From IMG/VR virus record IMGVR_UViG_3300017971_000287: 64,000 nucleotides of DNA; one strand, given 5' to 3'. Shown one piece after another: positions 35,852-45,413 of this stretch. Position 1 is the stretch's first letter, and every line of letters starts with the position of its first letter. The translations under genes were made by a program, and so were the position numbers. The notes below the pieces were generated by a model. The model searched no databases, had not been told where the DNA came from, and saw only the letters and a list, made by a program, of their open reading frames with translations. The stretch is from a virus.

Positions 35852-36445
35852 ATGTCTTTACCAAGAAAGATAAGTAGAGCGTTGCGCAAGCAATCTAAAC
35901 TATCGCTGCGTCCTGAAATTCTGTTAACTCCAAACATTCCTCGTCCAATGCATGGAGTAAACCCCCGCACAATTATGGGTACTAGTTGGTGGAACCAGGA
36001 AAGACGGAAAGCATACAAAGCTTCATCGTATCGTTGTTTAGCTTGTGGAGTCTCTAAGTTTGATGCTTTATACCGGAAGTGGCTAGAGGCTCATGAGCTC
36101 TACAGTGTTGACTATCAAAAAGGCAGACTTGTCTACCTTGAAACAGTAGCTCTTTGCTACGCTTGTCATAACTACATTCATGATGGCAGACTACAAGCGT
36201 TGTTAGACACCCAGGAAATTACACACGAGAAGTACGTAAAAATCATACAGCACGGGAACCGTGTATTGCAGCAAGCTGGGTTGTCTAGACCCCCTCGACA
36301 CGTTAGGGAGGCAGACATTAGTGATATGTTGTTGAACGGGCTTGTCGCTCCGTGGAAAGATTGGAGACTAGTGTTCAAGGGTAAGTTGTATCCACCACGG
36401 TTCAAAACAGAAAAACAATGGCAAAAAGCGATGAGGAAAAGATGA
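35852..36445 (+). CDS. HNH endonuclease-like protein
   Basis: CLACG, LEAHE, ALCYACHNYIH; overlaps the polA start. Confidence 0.75.
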   Translation: MSLPRKISRALRKQSKLSLRPEILLTPNIPRPMHGVNPRTIMGTSWWNQERRKAYKASSYRCLACGVSKFDALYRKWLEAHELYSVDYQKGRLVYLETVALCYACHNYIHDGRLQALLDTQEITHEKYVKIIQHGNRVLQQAGLSRPPRHVREADISDMLLNGLVAPWKDWRLVFKGKLYPPRFKTEKQWQKAMRKR

Positions 36446-38475
36446 GAATTGCGCTTGACACTGAGACCACTGGATTGGATTTGTACCATGGAGACAAACC
36501 ATTCATGGTGCAGGTTTGTTTTGAAGACGGCAACCAACTGTGGTGGGAGTGGGATGTTGACCCTCTTACTAGAGAGCCCAAAGTCATAGAAGAGGAACTA
36601 AACGAGATACAAAGCACGTTGGATTCTGCTGATGAAATCGTTTTGCAGAATCCTAAGTTTGATTACTGCGCTTTGCGTACTGTGATGCCAAATTTGCGGT
36701 GGGATTGGGGTAAGGTAAAGGACACTCTGCTAGCAGGGCACTTGTTGGCTAGCAACGAGAGGCATGATCTCACTACTATGGCTTTGATCTATCTTGGAGT
36801 GGATGTTCAAAGCTATGAAGACAACGTGCGTAAGGCTGTACTAGCAGTTCGACGGTTCTGCATGGGACGGAATCCTAAGTATCCCGATTGGATGATAGCA
36901 AGAGGCGGCAATCCAAAGATGCCAAGCGCAAAAGAAAGTAGCTGGAAAAACGATATGTGGCTGCCCCGTGCTTACGCTCTAGAGAATAACCTGCCGAAGG
37001 GCCATGAGTATTGGAGCGTCACGGAAAAGTACGGCAATAACGACACAGAGACTACGCTTGCACTCTATGGGCGACAACTCAAGTTGCTTAGAGAAAAACG
37101 GCTAGTGCGTCTTTACCAAGAGAGGTTGAAGCTACCTGGTATTGTAGCAGCCATGGAGGATCAAGGTGTTACCTTCAGTCAAAAACGGGTAAAGCAGCGA
37201 CACAAACAATACCGGAAAGAGTCTGTTGACTACGGTAAGGTATGCAAGACCTTAGCAAGCAAAAAAGGGATAGAACTAACCTTACCAAAGTCAGGAAACA
37301 ACAAATCATTACTATTGGCAGTTGAAGCTTTACTGCCTGCTAAAGTGAATCTCCCTTTGACAAAAAAGGGCAATCCGTCTTTGTCGGCCGACACGATTGA
37401 AGAATTGTTGAGTACTCTAACAGAAACTAGTCCTGCTTCTAAGTTTTTAACGGCTCTAGTAGAGAAGCGCAAAAGGGATACTGCGGTGAGCTACTTAGAA
37501 GGGTACCAAAAATACCAACTACCATTACGGGTATTCAAGCGGGGCAAACGATTGAGATATGTTAATTGGTATGTACTACATCCCTCTTTGAATCCAACTG
37601 GGTCTCATACGTTGAGATGGAGCAGCAAACACCCTAATGAGCAAAATATCAGCAAAAAGGATGGCTTTAATCTCCGGTATTGCTTTGGACCTGCTCCAGG
37701 CCGTGAATGGTGGTCTATTGATGCTAAGAATCTAGAGTTGCGAATCCCAGCCTATGTTGCCCAAGAAACAGAACAAATCAATCTGTTTGAAAAGCCCGAT
37801 GAACCCCCTTACTACGGCAGTAACCACCTACTAGTGTTTGATATCCTTTGGACAGAAAAGCTAGGATTAGACACATCTGATCCAAAGTACCTACTGAAGG
37901 CCAAAAGTAAGTACAAGGCAACACACTACCAGTGGACAAAGAATGGTAATTTTGCCGTGCAGTATGGTGCAGTAGAAGAGAGCGGTACAGCTGACCGTAC
38001 TTACCACCAGAAGGGAGCACAGGCAAAAATTCAAAGACGGTTTGCTAAGTCACGTGTCCTAAATGAAAAGATGATTGCAGTCGCTGAACAGCGTGGCTAT
38101 GTAGAAACGTTGCCTGATAAAACAGTTGATCCGACAAGGGGATACCCTTTGTGGTGTAAGCGCACTAAGTGGGGACGAATAATGCCTACTACTCCGTTGA
38201 ACTATATGGTGCAAGGTACTGCGATGTGGTGGATGATGAAGGCTATGATTCGAGTGCAAGAATACCTAGATACTCTCAAAGGCTCCTACATGATTATGCA
38301 GGTACACGATGAGCTAGTCTTTGACTTTCCAAAAGCCAAGAAAAGAAACCTTCCGAAGATACGGAAGATAGCACAGTTAATGGAGCAAGGGGGAGAGGAT
38401 ATTGGGGTTCCTACTCCTGTAAGTATTGAGTACCATCCCGTGTCTTGGGATACGGGTGTTTCTGTCGTAACATAG
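36442..38475 (+). CDS. polA: Family A DNA polymerase with 3'-5' exonuclease domain
   Basis: ALDTETTGLD (Exo I), TLRWSSKHPNEQNI, SIDAKNLELRI (motif A), KNGNFAVQYG (motif B), VQGTA, QVHDELVF (motif C). Confidence 0.95.
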   Translation: MRIALDTETTGLDLYHGDKPFMVQVCFEDGNQLWWEWDVDPLTREPKVIEEELNEIQSTLDSADEIVLQNPKFDYCALRTVMPNLRWDWGKVKDTLLAGHLLASNERHDLTTMALIYLGVDVQSYEDNVRKAVLAVRRFCMGRNPKYPDWMIARGGNPKMPSAKESSWKNDMWLPRAYALENNLPKGHEYWSVTEKYGNNDTETTLALYGRQLKLLREKRLVRLYQERLKLPGIVAAMEDQGVTFSQKRVKQRHKQYRKESVDYGKVCKTLASKKGIELTLPKSGNNKSLLLAVEALLPAKVNLPLTKKGNPSLSADTIEELLSTLTETSPASKFLTALVEKRKRDTAVSYLEGYQKYQLPLRVFKRGKRLRYVNWYVLHPSLNPTGSHTLRWSSKHPNEQNISKKDGFNLRYCFGPAPGREWWSIDAKNLELRIPAYVAQETEQINLFEKPDEPPYYGSNHLLVFDILWTEKLGLDTSDPKYLLKAKSKYKATHYQWTKNGNFAVQYGAVEESGTADRTYHQKGAQAKIQRRFAKSRVLNEKMIAVAEQRGYVETLPDKTVDPTRGYPLWCKRTKWGRIMPTTPLNYMVQGTAMWWMMKAMIRVQEYLDTLKGSYMIMQVHDELVFDFPKAKKRNLPKIRKIAQLMEQGGEDIGVPTPVSIEYHPVSWDTGVSVVT

Positions 38476-38510
38476 AGAAACCGCTATAAAGCGTGACAGG
38501 TTAGGAGTGA

Positions 38511-39092
38511 GTGATGGCAACTAGAGACAAGTATGGTAATCTTACCGATGAAGTGTGTACAAAGAGGTTTAAGAAATGGATTGAGCATTTCAAGCCAGGT
38601 AGCTCAAAAAGAAAATATCCGCCCGGTAAAACACATGACTGGGTGTACTACAGCCACCATGTTCTCCTTCAGATACTAGCTGCCTTGGCAGACGAGCAAG
38701 ACCTAGTAGAGATTGATCGGGGTCTTCATGGTGGCACAAGACCGTCTTTCAAGTTGTCTTGGAACAGTAAAGTGTCAACTCTTATTCCTGTCTGGGCAGA
38801 AAAGATGAGGAAGGACCACCCGAATAATGGGCTTTGGGAAATGGCACAAAGAGACTATGACTTCTTCACGCAAAAGTTTCGCTGTTTTGTCTTGTTAGCT
38901 TATGGGCAGAGAGGGGAAACATTGGAGAGTAGGGTATCTGTGGTGGAAGGGTCTAATGGGCTTACTACAGACTATCTTAGGATTGCTCCGTTGGAATCCT
39001 GCCTTGTTGCTGCTCAATCCTCTCATGGTACTATCTGCTTTGAAGAGATTCCTCAGCCAACCTTTGATTTATACAAGAAACTCCTATTATGA
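38511..39092 (+). CDS. Hypothetical protein
   Basis: 193 aa, AGGAG SD. Confidence 0.65.
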   Translation: MMATRDKYGNLTDEVCTKRFKKWIEHFKPGSSKRKYPPGKTHDWVYYSHHVLLQILAALADEQDLVEIDRGLHGGTRPSFKLSWNSKVSTLIPVWAEKMRKDHPNNGLWEMAQRDYDFFTQKFRCFVLLAYGQRGETLESRVSVVEGSNGLTTDYLRIAPLESCLVAAQSSHGTICFEEIPQPTFDLYKKLLL

Positions 39093-39165
39093 CTCCGACT
39101 GAGAGATTCCTGTAAGTATTGAGTATCACCCCTCTAATTGGTCAGAGGGAATTTCAGTTTCTTAG
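39089..39165 (+). pseudogene. Fused gene stubs: 5' end of an aGPT-Pplase homolog joined to the 3' end of a polA homolog
   Basis: ATG ACT CCG ACT GAG AGA TTC CTG TAA (MTPTERFL*) vs MTPIDRFL at 39663; overlapping frame PVSIEYHPSNWSEGISVS* vs PolA end PVSIEYHPVSWDTGVSVVT*. Confidence 0.75.
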
Positions 39166-39181
39166 CTTTGGGAGAATTACT

Positions 39182-39676
39182 ATGGATCGTAACAGGTTAG
39201 GATTCAAAGAGAGACACAATTTAGCCAATTGGCTAAAAGCTCATTGGGAGATGATTGTAGAAAAAAGGTTGGTGCGAGAAGTAGTAGCAGCCCGTGCATC
39301 TGAGGATTTAGGAGTAAACTGTACAGAAAATAATTTATCCAGTGTGGTAAAGGAAATGGAAATGGAATGGCCTAAAGCAGCTACCAGAAAACGGACCACT
39401 GGACAAACCAAAGACCGTTACAAGTTTGTAGCAAGACAATTGTATATTACCCAAAAATACTTGTTGGCCCTTCTTTGTTATCTAAAGGATTATTTAGAGG
39501 AAGAAACACTGCATCAAGATATTCTGACAAAAGTTAAGCTTTTTGTACCTGTTGCAGATGAAAAAGGAAGACTATTGAACTCCGAAGCCTTAAAAGCTAT
39601 AGCTAATGGGCGAGATTGGCATGCCTCTGACTTTACACAGGAAGTTGAAGAAGATGAAGAAGATGACTCCAATTGA
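39182..39676 (+). CDS. Hypothetical protein with acidic C-terminus
   Basis: GGGAG SD before ATG 39182. Confidence 0.65.
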   Translation: MDRNRLGFKERHNLANWLKAHWEMIVEKRLVREVVAARASEDLGVNCTENNLSSVVKEMEMEWPKAATRKRTTGQTKDRYKFVARQLYITQKYLLALLCYLKDYLEEETLHQDILTKVKLFVPVADEKGRLLNSEALKAIANGRDWHASDFTQEVEEDEEDDSN

Positions 39677-40529
39677 TAGGTTTCTCTGGTGGATTAGAGA
39701 GCGACATAGCATCTACCTGAAAAAGGAAGCTGAAGAACCGAAGCCTTGGACAAAGGACAAGGTGCTACAACGCTACTTTTTCACCAATCCATACCGAGAA
39801 AATGACAAGGTCACAGTTTGGATACGAAAACACATCCGACTACCTTATGCTAAGCATCCTTGTCTGCCTTTTATGCTCTGCGTTGCTAGGCAGTTTAACT
39901 GGCCTGACACCCTACAAGAGTTGATAGATCGGAATGCTTGGCCTACTAAACGTTGGCGACCAACGTTAGTTGCTAAGGTACTAGATCAACGAAAGAAAAG
40001 AGGTTTGAAGGTTTATACAGGGGCTTATATGGTTCGGGCAGAGAGCAATCGAAATGCTGCTTGGTATCATTGGAGTAAAAACCTTTACATGGCTACAATT
40101 GTTCTTGGAAGAGTCTGGGACAAACGAGCCGAATTTGCAAAATGGTTACAGACAAATAGTATGGAAGTATCGACCCGGTGGTTGCAAGCACAGTATGGGT
40201 GGGGAGGATTTATGGCTTATGAGGTAGTATGCGATCTAAGACACACTAAGTACCTTAGAAAAGCACATGATGTAATGACTTGGGCCAACTTAGGTCCTGG
40301 TGCCCGCAGGGGTCTCAATCGAATCCATGGCAGAGAAGTGAAGCAGGGCCTGTCCCAAAAGCAGGGCTGTAAAGAAATGAGAGCACTACTGAGCGAAGCT
40401 CAATCTAGGTTGGGTGATCTTCCTTTAATGGAGATGAGAGAAATTGAACATAGTCTCTGTGAGTTTGACAAGTATGAAAGAGCAAGGTTAGGGGTAGGTA
40501 AAATGAAGAGAATGTACGCGGGCAAATGA
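39663..40529 (+). CDS. aGPT-Pplase1 / 5-hmdU DNA kinase helical-domain family protein (thymidine hypermodification)
   Basis: ERHSIY..K....PWTKD.VLQ.Y.FTNPYRENDKVT, FNWP, GGFMAYEVVCDL, GPGARRGL, EHSLCEFDKY. Confidence 0.85.
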   Translation: MTPIDRFLWWIRERHSIYLKKEAEEPKPWTKDKVLQRYFFTNPYRENDKVTVWIRKHIRLPYAKHPCLPFMLCVARQFNWPDTLQELIDRNAWPTKRWRPTLVAKVLDQRKKRGLKVYTGAYMVRAESNRNAAWYHWSKNLYMATIVLGRVWDKRAEFAKWLQTNSMEVSTRWLQAQYGWGGFMAYEVVCDLRHTKYLRKAHDVMTWANLGPGARRGLNRIHGREVKQGLSQKQGCKEMRALLSEAQSRLGDLPLMEMREIEHSLCEFDKYERARLGVGKMKRMYAGK

Positions 40530-40562
40530 CTCTTTGCAGTTAATGTGTTAAGAGGCTAAGAC

Positions 40563-41411
40563 ATGAAACTGTTCATTTATGTACCAACACGGGGAAGAAT
40601 CCTAGATCAAAAGTCTATGCGGTTTTTGCGATTAAAAGAATGTAAAGACCGTGTGGCATTTGTAGTTCCACAGTGTGAAGCCTTAGCATTCAAACGAAAG
40701 TACTCTTGGGCTAAAGTCAAAGTTGTGAAAGATGAATGGAAGATTGGAACAATCAGTCAGTACATTATTGAAAGTAAAGGTCGGTACAAGGTTTTGATTG
40801 ACGATGACTTTCAATTGCTTCGAAGACGGAACAAACTTAGTGTGTCTCAAAAAGGGGGGGTAGCTACTGATAAAGACGTTAGACTGCTGTTTGCTCGGGT
40901 AAAGTACTGGTTAAGAAAAGGTTTTGCTCACGGTGGGGTAAGTCTACGACAAACAAACCACTTTTGCAAGGATGCTTGGTACAAATTTAATAGTCGAGTG
41001 TCTGGGTTTATGTTTTTTGACTCACGGGTTGTGCGCCAAGAGGGAATAAGATTTGATGCCGTACAAGAGAGACAAGACTTTCACATGACACTATCGTTGC
41101 TAGAATTGGGTTACTCTAATGTAGTTGATTATGAGTTTGCAGTCGGTCAGTACATTCAGGGGACAAATGCTGCGGGCGGTTGCTCCCGATACCGAACACC
41201 AGTGTTTTTGTTGGAACAAGCAGAACGGTTAGCACAGCTGCACCCAAAGACGGTTAGAGTTGTTTTCAAGCAACCGAAAGTAGCTGAAGCTACAAAGTCT
41301 ATGTTGACGGACAAAGGCATACCCGATGTAAGGATACAATGGGTGAAATCGCTGGGGCTTCGTTCAGCAGAAAGAAAAGTAACAAAACCTTACCGCTGTG
41401 TGAGAGTGTGA
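40563..41411 (+). CDS. TET-associated-type (TAGT/GREB1-like) DNA glycosyltransferase 1
   Basis: YVPTRGR, VLIDDDF, QDFHMTLSLLELGY, AGGCSRYRT. Confidence 0.8.
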   Translation: MKLFIYVPTRGRILDQKSMRFLRLKECKDRVAFVVPQCEALAFKRKYSWAKVKVVKDEWKIGTISQYIIESKGRYKVLIDDDFQLLRRRNKLSVSQKGGVATDKDVRLLFARVKYWLRKGFAHGGVSLRQTNHFCKDAWYKFNSRVSGFMFFDSRVVRQEGIRFDAVQERQDFHMTLSLLELGYSNVVDYEFAVGQYIQGTNAAGGCSRYRTPVFLLEQAERLAQLHPKTVRVVFKQPKVAEATKSMLTDKGIPDVRIQWVKSLGLRSAERKVTKPYRCVRV

Positions 41412-41953
41412 TGTATTGGTTGATTGAACCTCATGCTGATGATGTGTTTCTTTCTTTACACCAGCACATAGTTGACCTTTGGAAAGATGTTTCAAAAACT
41501 ATTGTAACTGTATTTGCTACACAACAAAGAGTTAAAGAAGCACGGGAATACGCTTTGGCAGTTAAATGTCGACACTTCTGTCTAGGATTAGAAGAAGGGG
41601 GTGGCTTATCTCAAAAAGCAGGCTTTGTGCCTCCATTTGACGAGTGGAAGTTGCCTAGAAAAAGAGGGGATGTCCTCATCTTTCCTATTGGAATACAACA
41701 CCCAGACCATTTAGCAGTTGCGAAACGTGTGCCTACAATCGGAGTAGTTTGGCGGTATTTGGATACTCCTTACTACACAAAACAAAAGGTAGCCCAAGAG
41801 TTGATAGAAAAAACTCGGGGGCGTTGTATTCGATCAATAAGGTATGCCACTAGGCATAAATGGAAGCACGTTGAAAAGTTCAAAAGTCAAGGCAAGTTTT
41901 TCTTTTACAATCCTCCCAACACTTTACCTCGGATGGAGGTAGTCATGTCATGA
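41411..41953 (+). CDS. PIG-L/LmbE-family N-deacetylase
   Basis: IEPHADDVFLS (HxDD) and QHPDH motifs; start ATG 41411. Confidence 0.8.
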   Translation: MYWLIEPHADDVFLSLHQHIVDLWKDVSKTIVTVFATQQRVKEAREYALAVKCRHFCLGLEEGGGLSQKAGFVPPFDEWKLPRKRGDVLIFPIGIQHPDHLAVAKRVPTIGVVWRYLDTPYYTKQKVAQELIEKTRGRCIRSIRYATRHKWKHVEKFKSQGKFFFYNPPNTLPRMEVVMS

Positions 41954-42153
41954 ACCACAAAAGAGATGCTATTCCCGCTTGGAAGTACAAGGTAGGAAAA
42001 CAAACAGCATACAATCGTTGGTTTGAAGGAAAAGGTGCCCCCCTACAAAGTGACATATTTCAGAGGACACATGAGAGCAACCCAGTTATTAGTAGAAAGG
42101 CAATAACGTGTTGTATAAACAGCATTCTCCGTTTTCAGTACAAGTTGAGTTAG
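41950..42153 (+). CDS. Small hypothetical protein
   Basis: ATGA overlap with the upstream gene, 67 aa. Confidence 0.4.
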   Translation: MNHKRDAIPAWKYKVGKQTAYNRWFEGKGAPLQSDIFQRTHESNPVISRKAITCCINSILRFQYKLS

Positions 42154-43064
42154 TAGAGGGGTGTTCCCTGGCTTGCTCTTTTTGCGGAATCAATGGGATC
42201 AGAAAAGGTCCTGGAAACTTCAAGTATGCTCGGTTAGGAATGCTAAGTAGGGTGGCAGCAGAAATAGCAAGACTAAAATGGACGCCTCGCATTGAATTTG
42301 CTATGCATGGAGAACCAAGCTTGCATCCTAAACTGCTTCATTGTGTGCGTGTCTTTCGCAGAAGATTGCCTCATCTATCTTTGATGCTAACAAGTAATGG
42401 TGCAGGCTTTCGAGGGAAACAGGTAGAAAGGATAGTAGCATTACAAAGGGCGGGTCTAAACGTTCTTGGCCTAGATAACTATGACCATGATGGTTCCGTT
42501 CCAGGCATTGTTAGAATGCTGCACAAAAAACACCCTAGTGTGCCTGTCCGGTATTACCCTGAAGACAAAGCAGCATCAGTATATCGAAAAAGAAAACCAG
42601 ACTCGTTTGAAGTAGTCGTTTTGGCTGACATAAGAAAGCATGCTACCGGCACTCGTAAACTCGCGAATCATGCTGGACAAGCATTTCCACCGGACACAAG
42701 TAAGCAAAATCAAAGGTGTGCGCTCCCATTTCGGGACTTAGCAATCCGTTGGGATGGTAATGTTGCTATCTGTTGTGACGATTTTAGAGGAACGTACAAA
42801 ATAGCTAACGTGAAAGACATGCCGCTGGACGCTTTGTGGCAGCACCCTAGGTTTGTCGCTGCACGTAAGGCACTGTATCATCGACTCAGAGACTTCCTGC
42901 CTTGTGCGATCTGTAATGCTACCAGCATCCGCCCTGGTCTTTTGCCTGACCCTACTGGACAGGAGTCACTGCCTTTTCCATCGAGCAGGGATAACCAAGC
43001 CATGAAAGATGCTGTTGCAAACGGTCCTTATACAAAACCCGTTAAACGTCCTTGGGAGATGTAA
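42108..43064 (+). CDS. Radical SAM enzyme with SPASM/twitch domain (paralog 1)
   Basis: GCSLACSFC (CxxxCxxC), HGEPSLH, LTSNG; C-term RCALPF...CCDD...CAIC. Confidence 0.9.
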   Translation: MLYKQHSPFSVQVELVEGCSLACSFCGINGIRKGPGNFKYARLGMLSRVAAEIARLKWTPRIEFAMHGEPSLHPKLLHCVRVFRRRLPHLSLMLTSNGAGFRGKQVERIVALQRAGLNVLGLDNYDHDGSVPGIVRMLHKKHPSVPVRYYPEDKAASVYRKRKPDSFEVVVLADIRKHATGTRKLANHAGQAFPPDTSKQNQRCALPFRDLAIRWDGNVAICCDDFRGTYKIANVKDMPLDALWQHPRFVAARKALYHRLRDFLPCAICNATSIRPGLLPDPTGQESLPFPSSRDNQAMKDAVANGPYTKPVKRPWEM

Positions 43065-44027
43065 ATGTTCAAATTCCGTAAAGACAAACAACATGCTCCT
43101 TTCAACATTACTGTGGATGTCACTTCGGGGTGCTCTATTCGTTGCTCTTTCTGTGGTGTAAAGGGTGTTTACAGTAAAGCAGGGGTGTATGATCACATGA
43201 GCTTGAAGACGGGTAGACTTGTAGCACGCAAGTTAAATGAAGCAGGTTGGATTTGCAGAATAACTATTGGATGTTTTGGAGAACCCACTGAAAACCCGCA
43301 CTTGAAGGAGATTGTAAGAGCTATCCGAAAGGCTGCCCCTAAGCATTCAATAATGATGTTGAGTAACGGGTCTGGTCTAGTAAAACACGCACAGAAAAAG
43401 TTTGAAGAATTGCATAACGCGGGATTGAATGCTATTTGTATTGAAGACTATCGTAAGCAAGGGTTTCTTCAAAAGATACGAAAGCAAGGAGTGCAATTTG
43501 CGGGAAGATACCCAAACAACAAAAAGTTAAATCCGCAACAACGGTTCTCTGTCAATAAGCACTTAAACATTATCATCAACGATTTGAGGGACAACAGTGG
43601 TAGAGGGAGTAGTCATAGTCACATCAATAATCATTGCTGTTGCGGGGGTCCCCCTAATAATCGGGGCGTAGGTAAACGGTGCACTAGGCCTTTTCGTGAT
43701 TTTGTTATTCGTTGGAATGGCTTTGTGCCCGGTTGCTGTAATGATTGGAGGATGAAGTATGTGGTAGGTGACATTCGCAAACACACGTTTGAACAGTTGT
43801 GGCAGTCACAAGGATTTTATGCACTGCGTCAAAAAATGTATGCTGGTGAACGAGATTTTGGTCCTTGTAATGGGTGCGATTTAATTGGCACAAGAGTGGG
43901 CTTGCTGCCTGATCCAACAGGCCAAATGGAGATGGAACCCCCCAATTCATTAACGGAACGTGTGCTTCAACAGTGCATGAGGCATCCTGATATGACGCCT
44001 GTAAATTTAAGAGCATGGGAACAGTAA
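43065..44027 (+). CDS. Radical SAM enzyme with SPASM/twitch domain (paralog 2)
   Basis: GCSIRCSFC, FGEPTEN, LSNG; C-term RCTRPF...CCND...CNGC; shares GLLPDPTGQ and RxWE ends with paralog 1. Confidence 0.9.
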   Translation: MFKFRKDKQHAPFNITVDVTSGCSIRCSFCGVKGVYSKAGVYDHMSLKTGRLVARKLNEAGWICRITIGCFGEPTENPHLKEIVRAIRKAAPKHSIMMLSNGSGLVKHAQKKFEELHNAGLNAICIEDYRKQGFLQKIRKQGVQFAGRYPNNKKLNPQQRFSVNKHLNIIINDLRDNSGRGSSHSHINNHCCCGGPPNNRGVGKRCTRPFRDFVIRWNGFVPGCCNDWRMKYVVGDIRKHTFEQLWQSQGFYALRQKMYAGERDFGPCNGCDLIGTRVGLLPDPTGQMEMEPPNSLTERVLQQCMRHPDMTPVNLRAWEQ

Positions 44028-44028
44028 A

Positions 44029-44820
44029 ATGCAAATCTTTATACCAACTAGGGGTAGGATTAACAACCAAGTAACTTTTGAACGGTTCCACTTGGCTAAA
44101 AGTCTATACCCAGTAACGTTTATTGTGCCTGAAGAGGAGTATCACGGGTTTGTGTCCAAGTGGGGTACTCAAGCAGAAATTAGGATAGTACCTAGTGAGT
44201 GGCACATTGGTAACATCCATGATTACATTGCTTCCTATTGGGGGGATAAAAAGCATGTGGTCATTGACGACGATTGCAAGTTGTATCATTGCCCGTCTAA
44301 AAAGTCATGCCTGATTGTTCGGCATGCAAGACAGGCACGTAATATGTTTTTACAGTTAGAGAAGGCACTAGACACGTTCGCATACGCTGGGTTGACTCCT
44401 TCAGGTTACCACACGCTGAGCCCCTTTCCATCGTATGTCAACAGCCGCGTGTTGAACTTCCATGCTTATCGTCGCGACATCATCGTCAAAGAAGGGATCA
44501 AGTGGAGATTACCTACTAGTGGAGACCAGCATGCGGTTTTGACAACATTAGAACTTGGATACGCAGTACACCTAACAAATCGTTGGTGTGTCCAAGCTGC
44601 AAACTGGCAACCAGGCGGATGCACAGAGTATCGCACCGCAGAATTGGCGGATCAATCCTTTCAAACGTTGGCCAAACTACACTCTAAAGTCAAATTACGC
44701 AAGTCTACTACGGCTACTGACCAACAAACACTTGACGTGCGCGTTCAATGGAAGAAGTCCTACGGAATACGTAAGTATGATCGTAAACTCAAACGACCAG
44801 GGGTGGAAGTATGCGACTGA
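44029..44820 (+). CDS. TET-associated-type DNA glycosyltransferase 2
   Basis: FIPTRGR, VVIDDD, GDQHAVLTTLELGY, PGGCTEYRT. Confidence 0.8.
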   Translation: MQIFIPTRGRINNQVTFERFHLAKSLYPVTFIVPEEEYHGFVSKWGTQAEIRIVPSEWHIGNIHDYIASYWGDKKHVVIDDDCKLYHCPSKKSCLIVRHARQARNMFLQLEKALDTFAYAGLTPSGYHTLSPFPSYVNSRVLNFHAYRRDIIVKEGIKWRLPTSGDQHAVLTTLELGYAVHLTNRWCVQAANWQPGGCTEYRTAELADQSFQTLAKLHSKVKLRKSTTATDQQTLDVRVQWKKSYGIRKYDRKLKRPGVEVCD

Positions 44821-45413
44821 TACAAATCCAAGGATGTCGGCGGTCAGGAAACCATGCTGTAATTGAATGGATTTTTAGTTATTACAAGGGGGGCTGTTTA
44901 CACAACAACCTACCCCTGCCTTGGAATGGAAAGACTAGACCTAGCGAATACTTAATGTACGGAGACTATGAGAGGTTTCCTGAGATAGAGATACAATCTT
45001 GGGAGGACAAGGTGCTGAAAGATGCTGTGATTGTGTTGAGGTCTGCTTACAACTGTGTGGCTTCCCGTCTTAATGGTCCTAAGTATCTTCTGGAGTCAAC
45101 AAGAAAGATTTGCAGATTTACACCCGTCTGGAAAGCGCATGCCAAAATGGTATTAGCAGGCCACCCTCACATAGTCTATGATCACTGGCTAAACAATCCT
45201 AAACCAGCACATCAGCTACTACAGCTGCCAACCCCTTGCAAACGTCGCACTGCACGCAAACCAAGAAGAGGCAGTGGGTCTTCATTCAAACACAGTCCAT
45301 CTAATTACTTTGAAAGGTGGAAGCAAGTCGATCTGCCTACAGAGATTGTAGAAGACAAAGAGATAGCAGAACTTAACAAGGAGATATTTGGATGGTGGAT
45401 AGCATACAACTAG
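44811..45413 (+). CDS. Sulfotransferase-fold (P-loop) protein
   Basis: IQGCRRSGNHAVIEWI, VLRSAYNCVASR, YDHW, GSGSSF. Confidence 0.6.
   Translation: MRLIQIQGCRRSGNHAVIEWIFSYYKGGCLHNNLPLPWNGKTRPSEYLMYGDYERFPEIEIQSWEDKVLKDAVIVLRSAYNCVASRLNGPKYLLESTRKICRFTPVWKAHAKMVLAGHPHIVYDHWLNNPKPAHQLLQLPTPCKRRTARKPRRGSGSSFKHSPSNYFERWKQVDLPTEIVEDKEIAELNKEIFGWWIAYN

Noticed and set aside
39641-39666. 26-nt identity with 34920-34945
   Set aside because: Low-complexity GAA/GAT sequence encoding EVEEDEED; convergence is plausible
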